Assembly: GCA_951406725.2 (NCBI GenBank)
Contig: OX597818.1
Location: 139,252,001-139,316,000 of the forward strand
Direction: 5' to 3'
Source: Octopus vulgaris
Lineage: Eukaryota
DNA length: 64,000 nucleotides
Below the pieces are notes generated by a model that worked only from the letters and a program-made list of their open reading frames with translations, searched no databases and was not told the origin of the DNA. The translations under genes and the position numbers were made by a program. Shown piece by piece: positions 55,420 to 64,000 of this stretch. Every line of letters starts with the position of its first letter. The stretch's first letter is position 1.

Positions 55420-55715
55420 TGACCTAGTTCTTAGGGTGTTGCACTCACGATTGCGAGATCGTGGATTCGATTCCCAAACAAGGCGTTGCGTTGTGTTCTT
55501 GAGCAAGGCACTTCATTTCACGTTGCTCAGGGATCATTTCGACATCTCACATGTGGCACCTAGTTGCACAGTTGCACCTGTACAGGTAATGTCAAAATGA
55601 TGGAGGAAGTGAACTTATGTCTACACAAACATTTGGTCACTATAAACAAATTATCTGTGTGGTTGTTCGGTAAGAAATTGTCGAACACGCATACGTCATC
55701 TAACGTCATGAGAGT
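55420..55715 (+). mobile_element. Diverged SINE related to family D
   Basis: tRNA-like head plus GTTGTGTTCTTGAGCAAGGCACTT.ATTTCACGTTGCTC shared with 60729-61074. Tail differs. Confidence 0.65.
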
Positions 55716-56711
55716 TTAATATTGTATATGTGTGTGTGAGTGTGAGTAGATATTTTCCCTTCGCTTAATATTAATATAAATAAATATTATACCTAAACAC
55801 AAGTGCGTTCATGTAATACGGTATAATGTTTGTCTACCTTAACATCAGCCGAGTTAATATAATTAAACTCCATATTGCAGATTGAGTACTTTTTCTCTTA
55901 ACATTCTAAACAGCATATATATATATATATATATATAATATATGCGCATGTCTGAGTGTTTGTATGTGTGCACGCACATATATATCTATATAGTAAAGGC
56001 ATAAATGCTTTTTGAGAAAAGCATGAATGTCATTCAATCTCCATACTGTTTATTGTAAATCTGTGATTATGATGACCTCATGACTCACTCATAAATCAAT
56101 TTATATTATCTACAGAAAGAAAGGCTTTAAGGTGTAGTGCAAAAACAACAACAACAACAACAAAAGAAAGCAAAAAACAAAAAGAATAGAACACAGGGCA
56201 GCGTACATATCGCAAGCTATGTCTCTCACCATTCATCTTCTATAATAAATTATCATGAAAAATTTTTTACCTCGTAATTATATTTGTATTTGTAGGAGAA
56301 AAACATAATTTGAATTCATGATAAATTTAAATAAAAGTTGAATATACGAGAACCTAAAAAACACAAACAATTATGTGTATCTCTGTGCGTGTGTATATGC
56401 ATATACGTATGTAAGTGTACGCGATTGCAAGCTATGTAGGCATATTCATGCACTAAAACACACGTAATATGTTTGTGTATATATACATAAGTATAAATAT
56501 GTGTCCGCCTGTCCGTGTGTCCGTGTGTGTATATTTACGTATATAAATAAATATATATTAATAGATGTGTTTGTACATGTAAGTATACAAACATATATAT
56601 GTACATATGTGTGTGTGTGTGCATGTGTGTGTATGTGGGTTTGTACAATATATTTAATATATAGGTGCATATTTATATATATCTACATCTATCTATTTGT
56701 CTCTCTGTCTT

Positions 56712-56801
<90 letters not shown>

Positions 56802-56802
56802 C

Positions 56803-56836
<34 letters not shown>

Positions 56837-56854
56837 TTATCTATCCATCTATCC

Positions 56855-56939
<85 letters not shown>

Positions 56940-57359
56940 ACTGTGTGTGTACATATATATAATGGGGAGAAATAGAGAGAGAGAGTAAATAGATGAATAA
57001 TTAAATTTTACTGTGGATTGAAAGGAAAGTAAATGGATTTGGACGAATGATTTCATTTTATTAAAGAGAAATTCTGAACTTGTGCAGGAACCTCACATAA
57101 ATTATACAGTGGAAATTATTTAGTTAACGTTTTACCCCTGAGGATGCAATACACACAAATGCATAAAACACATTCGTACACACACATATACCTCACAAAG
57201 ACACTGACGCACATACGTACACAGACATACACACAAATATATATACATATAAGTATACACGCATAAAGACAGAAAAGTAGAGAGTACGAGTGAGAGAGAT
57301 GATTATATTAGAGTTCTGATTAGGAGATGGGTGTAGAAAATCAACACAAACTGGAAACA

Positions 57360-57394
<35 letters not shown>

Positions 57395-58026
57395 CGGGTG
57401 TGTGTATGTGAGCTCGTGTATGGGCGTGTTCGCATATAATATGAATGTGTGAGTGTGTGTGCTTGTATATATATATATATATATATATAGGTATAGAATT
57501 TAATATAAAATATAAATTACAAAGTGGGACAAGAACGCAAAAACACACAAGGAGACGACACAAAAAACCGACGGGTCATTCGAAGCCTCTAATCTTCAGT
57601 CGGGAACCGGATCATCTTAGTAATTTCGGCTGTTTAATCTCGATATCACTCCGATCCGGCCAGCCCCAAGGAAAATCCAAGCCACAGGCATTGGATATAT
57701 GTGCAGGCAGGTGGGAGTTTTTGAATTAAACGTGGCCTGGGCTAATGCTGACCAATACGTAAGTCAAAATTTACATAGATACGTACATATACACACATAA
57801 AACACACACAGACCGATGCATATAAAAAAAAACATTCTATCATATTTAACATGTTGCTGCACATTCGGACTTAGGAAGACAATACGCTGCACAAGTTGTC
57901 TTAGAAGTAAAAAGTCTCGTTATAGACACTAAGAGTGTAAGTACAGCACTGCGTCATGAATGGCATTATCCATAATGCTTGCAACGAAAACTTCGGGTAC
58001 CGAAAGAATTTGTGCATGTGCGAATG

Positions 58027-58087
58027 TATGCGAACAGGTTAAATAAGACTGTACATAACTGTATTTTACGCAATATATATCTATATA

Positions 58088-58167
<80 letters not shown>

Positions 58168-58212
58168 TATATTGCGTAAAATACAGTTATGTACAGTCTT
58201 ATTTAACCTGTT

Positions 58213-58218
<6 letters not shown>
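58027..58218. repeat. Palindrome: about 47-bp unique arms around (TA)n
   Basis: TATGCGAACAGG..TTTACGCAAT is mirrored exactly at about 58171-58218. Confidence 0.95.
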
Positions 58219-58247
<29 letters not shown>

Positions 58248-58392
58248 TTCGTTTTTGTATTCGGTTTACAAGACTCTTGATGTGAATCCGTGTGTTGAAA
58301 CACATTTTCCTGTATCTATTAATCATAAAGACTAACAATATATATATACACACACACATATATATATATATACACATACATATATATACATA

Positions 58393-59032
58393 CTAGACTA
58401 CCCGCGACCCGTTGGGTTACCAGTTGTTCAAGGTACCGAAAAAACCGCGTATCTCGGTAACCCGTGGTTCGATTTACGCAAACTTGCTTTATTCCGTTTG
58501 TGTTCACATGAGTATCCGACTCAAGACGTCTCCTGCTTTTCTCTCTTTCTCTCTGTTTCACCAGACGCTCAGCTCTCTGAGTGTCTGATTCCTGATCCCT
58601 CCTGCTTCTGTCTCTTTTCCTCTGTTCCACCAGACGCTCGGCCCTTGCTTTATCAGTTTCATCGATCCTTATATTCGCATACCTGTCCTGATCTTGGGTA
58701 AGTATTTCGTAAAGGACTGTTCGGTGTGAAATAATTTTTTCCACATTTTTTTTTCCAAGTGCATTCAACGTATCTCACCTCCAAATCCACCGCAAGCCAC
58801 TTTCTTCTGGAAAAGAAAATGCGGAAAGGTTGTGGGGGAACTCGGTGTTTCCTGAGAAACTCTGAGTTTTGTTTCGTGAGCTTATTTTACTTTTCCAGGT
58901 TATTTCGCATGCTTTCAACGAATGTGACGTCGAGATCACGCTTTGTGAAGTATGACTCTGGCAGACAATATATTTCATATTTTACATATATTTACATATA
59001 TTTACATATATTTCATATTTTACATATAAGTA
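58393..59032 (-). mobile_element. Internally deleted Helitron carrying an STPR-like repeat ORF
   Basis: 3' hairpin ACCCAACGGGTCGCGGGT then AGTCTAG|T. ORF 58319-58768 has 23-aa repeats ETDKARAERLVEQRKRDRSRRDQ/ESDTQRAERLVKQREREKSRRRL/ESDT. 5' end uncertain. Confidence 0.7.
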
Positions 59033-59379
59033 ACATCAAATAAATTAACCAGTTGCCGTAAGTAAACTTTGAATCAAGAGCGAAGTCTCTACTTCGTTGT
59101 GCGACCTAGAGGAACTATCAACCATATCTGCCTCAAATCACACCCTGCCGTCTTAAAGAAAACAGCATACTGTTTGATGCAATACATTTAAAAACACTGC
59201 TTGGTCATAGGCAGCATATATTTGACCAGATGCATATTGAATCAGGGCCTTTGTGTGTATCGTCTTAAAACGGATGGATTAGTGTGAGAATGTAATAGAA
59301 AATACTCTACATTTGAAAACAAGAGACGCCATGTTAAATCTGTGCACTTTTTATTATATTAGTATTCTATTCTATTGAG

Positions 59380-59720
59380 ATTAAATACTTGCTTATATAA
59401 AGTAGCTTCTCATCCGGATTAGTAGTTTCTAGTGTCTAGGAATTTTATTTATTCTAGAAAAATAATTACACGTAAAGTAAGCTTTAAAAAGTGTTGTTCA
59501 AATCTTTTCCGTTGTTTTCTAATGCACTTTCATGCTTGTCTTTTGAGTTTATAAAAATATTTTTTGCGAATTTTACCAAAACTTTTGAATATATTTCTTG
59601 TCATGTCCAGCGTATATAAACCGTCTATTTCACATAACTCAGCACTTTCATAAACACCCTGTTTTAAATTCAGTACAGCATTGCAACATTCCGCCAATAG
59701 AGAAATATTGGACGAAACCA
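59380..59720 (-). pseudogene. Penelope-like RT fragment, decayed
   Basis: QGVYESAELCEIDGLYTL (compare PLE MG.YDGAE.CELVGLY.L) with IKFLD downstream. Confidence 0.5.
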
Positions 59721-60311
59721 ACATTTTCGGTATTCTATTATTTTACTACTTTAAATCTTTGCACTCTGAGCATGTTGGGACACAGCCAGAAACGACTTTA
59801 GTGGATCATACCTATTCCGTTACTTATTCCACACTGGTACTAAGTTAATCGATTTCTATGTATCGAACGAATAAGGTATAAAGAAACGTAACTCAAAGTA
59901 CTGATATTTGCTGGCATACACAAACACAAATACAAACATGCGAACGCACACATACACACTTACACACGAGCGTGCGCACACACCCTTATAAAATTCACGT
60001 CGGTCTTTCCACTTGACACTGTGTTGTTAAAATATATATATATATTTAACTAATCACGAGCCATCTCAAAAAGTAAATATGAACATTTAACTATACACTA
60101 GGCGAATAGTTTAATTCCTGACAGTTTTATGCCAGCTGAATATTTCAAGTTGTCAACTGAACAAAGTATTTGGCTACGTATTTTTTGAGAGCGTCGACAA
60201 AACATGAAACGTTCCTTTAGGAGACTCCCCAGCTTTTTTTCGCACATCAAAAGCATAGAAAGAATGTGCTGAGTTTTTTGATAATTTATTGTGTCGCTAC
60301 TAAAGGCTTTC

Positions 60312-60362
<51 letters not shown>

Positions 60363-60589
60363 ACACACACATATTCCTCAGGAATTCGGCAGATCCAGTG
60401 ACATATCAAAACTGTGGATGGCATGAGGTAGCCTAAACAGAAAGTGTTTGAATTGGCATACTACTAACCATATACCCAAAGTCCAAATAGTTATACACAC
60501 ACAAACATATATGTTTGTGTGTATATATATATTAGCCACTACACACATTTTTTCCTCTCCTTGTTTCTCTCCTTGTTTTTTCTGTGTCC

Positions 60590-60625
60590 CTTTCTGTAGA
60601 AGGGCGTAGGCTCGAAACGTAAAAG
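60590..60625 (+). ncRNA. Minimal hammerhead-like motif with variant core
   Basis: CTTT-CTGTAGA-A-GGGC/GTAG/GCTC-GAAAC-GTA-AAAG. Confidence 0.4.
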
Positions 60626-60728
60626 ACTTTTTTCTATTCCTGAGCGTTATACTAATACATCTGTTTGTTTTCTACACCACCTGTCTTCGTCTTTTGTCTT
60701 TTTCGTAAACTCTCTCTACATATATATA

Positions 60729-61074
60729 AGGTAAAGGTAAAGACCCCCTTCGGTCATGAATGACCATGGGATTGCACCTAGAAAGTTACCCTCCTAGACA
60801 CAAGTCTGGGCAAGTTTGTTTATGGAAGACCAGCAGTCGCCCATGCATACCGGCCTCCCCTCTCCACGCCACCAGTGTTATCCAAGGGAAAGACAAAGGT
60901 CGATACAGCTTGGCACCTGTGACGTCGCAACTCATTTCTACAGCTGAGTGAACTGGAGCAACGTGAAATAAAGTGCCTTGCTCAAGAACACAACACCCAG
61001 CCCGGTCCGGGATTCGAGCTCACAACCTCACGATCGTAAGCTCGACGCTCTAACCACTGAGCCATGCGCCTTCA
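60729..61074 (-). mobile_element. SINE family D with (TTTACC)n tail
   Basis: Head GGCGCATGGCTCAGTGGTTAGAGCG..TCGAATCCC, CORE-like GTGTTCTTGAGCAAGGCACTT. Confidence 0.85.
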
Positions 61075-61801
61075 CATATATATACACATACATATAATAA
61101 ATGCATATTTATTACACAGGTCTTTGCTCAGTCTACGCTATTAAAAGTTATATTTGATTAGTTGATGTTATTGTTGTTGTTTAGGGCCAGAGTAGCTCAA
61201 ATCAATTAATGGCATTCTATCCTTGACCATCCAATTTTTTCTCCTTAAATTGACAATACAGCGTCTAATCTGAGTGATATTTGGCTGCTATGATACTAAA
61301 GATAAGAATGAATATCATATACATACTGTGAACGTGTTAACAAGACGATGACATTGTCAACTATGGTGGGAGGCAGGTATGACTTCTTAGGCCCCCAGTC
61401 ATGCTTGCAACAGTGCTACGAGACTTCGAGTTCACTCTATCTACGGGGTAGTGTCTTAAGTCATGTGTTTTCTTAAACCATGTGAGTAAAACGGCTTTGT
61501 AGATAAAACTGGATGAATTAATTCTAATCTGATGTTGTAGACGTAATTCGTGGTTGCGTTTTACTCCACCACTTTTCCTCGAGAGTATTTATCGGACGCC
61601 GCGCTGTTGCAAGCATTTGGGCTTAGTCTTCGGGTGGAGGAAAACCTCTTACTTCCTCCACCAGTCAGAGAATCCCAGAAAAGGAGGGAGACTACCACTC
61701 TTCGTTTGACTCATTCATAAGAGAAATTAAAAATTAGAATATAAGGAAAAATATAAAAATAAAAGCAGACACAACAGAAAATATTTTCTATACAAATCTA
61801 T

Positions 61802-62178
61802 AGGCGTAGGAGTGGCTGTGTGGTAAGTAGCTTGCTTTCAACCACATGGTTCTGGGTTCAGCCCCACTGCGTAGCACCTTGGGCAAGAGTCTTCTACTAT
61901 AGCCTCGGGCCGACCAAAGCCTTGTGAGTGGATTTGGTAGACGGAAACTGAAAGAAGCCCGTCGTATATAAATATATATATATATATGTATGTGCGTGTC
62001 TTTGTTTTTGTGTCTGTGTTTGTCCCCCCAACATCGCTTGACAACCGATGCTGGTGAGTTTACGTCCCCGTAACTTAGCGGTTAGACAAAGGAGACCGAT
62101 AGAATAAGTACTAGGCTTCCAACGAATAAGTCCTGGGGTCGATTTGCTCGACTAAAGGTGGTGCTCCAGCATGGCCGA
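61802..62178 (+). mobile_element. SINE family A, 3'-clipped
   Basis: Family A copy lacking the last part of the tail. Confidence 0.9.
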
Positions 62179-62189
62179 GTAAATCAACT

Positions 62190-62483
62190 TCGGTACTGAT
62201 TACTTGTTCTATCATTCATATTACCGAACCGATAAATTATGGGGACTTAAGCAAACCAACGCCCGTTGTCAAGCAGTTTGCATGGTGGGTAACCAGAAAT
62301 CCAAAGACACATATACGCATACATAATGAGCTTCCACACAGCTTCCGTCTAGCGAATTCACTCACAAGGCGTTAGTCGGCCTGGGCTACAGTAGAATTTA
62401 CTTGTCCACCGTGAAGCTCAGTAAGGGACTGAACCCAAACCCACTTGGTTATAAAGAGAGATTCTTAATGGCATATCCATGCA
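62190..62483 (-). mobile_element. Old diverged SINE family A relative
   Basis: Recognisable CACTCACAAGGC, GGGACTGAACCC and CCGAACCG motifs. Confidence 0.7.
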
Positions 62484-63104
62484 TGTGTCCTTTATAGCAA
62501 GAAGTTGTCTGGAAAATCTAATATATGACCTACACAAAGGCCAAGCAAAGCAGAAGAGGATATGTAAACTTGATCGCTTTCAGAGGAGTCAAGGAAAAGA
62601 AGGTGAAGTAGAAACCATTTTTATCGCAGCAGACGTCAACTCCAAACCAACTACAACCGAAAAACCATTTAAAGGAGCTGATTATTCAATGTAGCCAAGA
62701 GAATATGTGGAGGTTGTGAATAAATATCATCCATCATATAGCTTCTGGCTGCCCAGTATGAGTTACAGTGGAGGTTATAAACAAAGATGATAGCGTTTGA
62801 GATTTCATATATTTGCAGCCTGTCAGAATTAAGGAACAACTAGTGAAAGAAAGGGGGTGCAAACATTAGATTACAAAGGGTTTTAAAAGAGTCTGGGAAA
62901 TGTCAGTTGATAGAAGTAGGGAGATTATTAAGGTCTAATGCACAGACATTTATTGTCAAGGAGTAAGAAAAATATACAAAGATTTCGTATCTAAAATTCA
63001 AACGGACGTACACAGAAACATATACATAGATGTATTCATACATGCATGCATAGGAGCTCTGGAATAAATACACACGCTAGTCTACGCACGCATGTATGTG
63101 TGCA

Positions 63105-63135
<31 letters not shown>

Positions 63136-63600
63136 GCGCACGCTCATCTTTGTGTGGTGTGTGTGCGCGCGCGTTTAGTGCTTATGTGGGCTAAAAATTA
63201 TCAATCAAGATCGAACTTTTGTAGCAAAAATCAGAATTGAACATATATGTGAATTGCAATATACAGACATGTATACATATGCATATATACGTGGATGTTT
63301 ATAAATAACAATATACACGTACGTATATCTATATATATATTATATGTATATGTGTATATAAATAAATACAGATATGCACACACACACACCCATAGATATG
63401 AACGTATATACATATATACGCGCTTGTATTCTTCTTTATTCCAAACTACCGAAAGAGCCAACATGGGTTTAATTTCACTGCGAGACTCAAAGAATACACA
63501 CTACGCGTGCGTGTGTATAAATACATACATACGTGTACATACAGGCATGCATACATATATACATACTTACATATATACGTATATACGTATATACATATAT

Positions 63601-63684
<84 letters not shown>

Positions 63685-63722
63685 ATTATTTGAGGGAATA
63701 TTATTTCTAACTTATAGGGAAT

Positions 63723-63778
<56 letters not shown>

Positions 63779-63963
63779 CATACATATATACATATACACA
63801 TGCACATATATATATATAATCATACATACTCATATACATACATACATACATGCATACATGCATATATATGTACATACAAAAGCGTGCGCACACGCACACA
63901 TATTCCTAGACACACAAACATGCATATACATATATATATTTATATACCCGACCGTATACGTCG

Positions 63964-63994
63964 GTTTTATTTCTTTCTTTCTACCCCGTTGTAG
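63964..63994 (+). other. Candidate 3' splice acceptor at the window edge
   Basis: Polypyrimidine tract TTTTATTTCTTTCTTTCTACCCCGTTGTAG|G. Confidence 0.35.
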
Positions 63995-64000
63995 GTTATG

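Noticed and set aside
62480-63000. Possible decayed RTE RT
   Set aside because: Only faint motif echoes, which cannot be supported by eye.

Overview
AT-rich eukaryotic intergenic or intronic DNA packed with microsatellites. The repeat repertoire (tRNA-derived SINE families, Penelope remnants, (TA)n/(TATG)n/(TCTA)n tracts) looks like an Octopus/cephalopod genome, an inference from recognition and not a database result. No intact host gene is visible, and almost all listed ORFs are translated microsatellites or SINEs. Contents: four tRNA-headed SINE families (about 25 copies); 3' ends or fragments of R4/Dong, Tx1/L1, CR1, RTE and Penelope-like retroelements; two decayed mariner transposases; a Tc1/mariner MITE; a foldback-type MITE; and 3-4 non-autonomous Helitrons. 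Most notable: (1) a set of type I hammerhead ribozyme folds of the Penelope-associated kind; (2) a covarying 3' stem-loop shared between SINE tails and LINE-like 3' ends, including one family found only inside (TCTA)n; (3) a deleted Helitron retaining an ORF of 23-aa STPR-like repeats; (4) several local inverted duplications. Repeat boundaries are approximate by a few bases.
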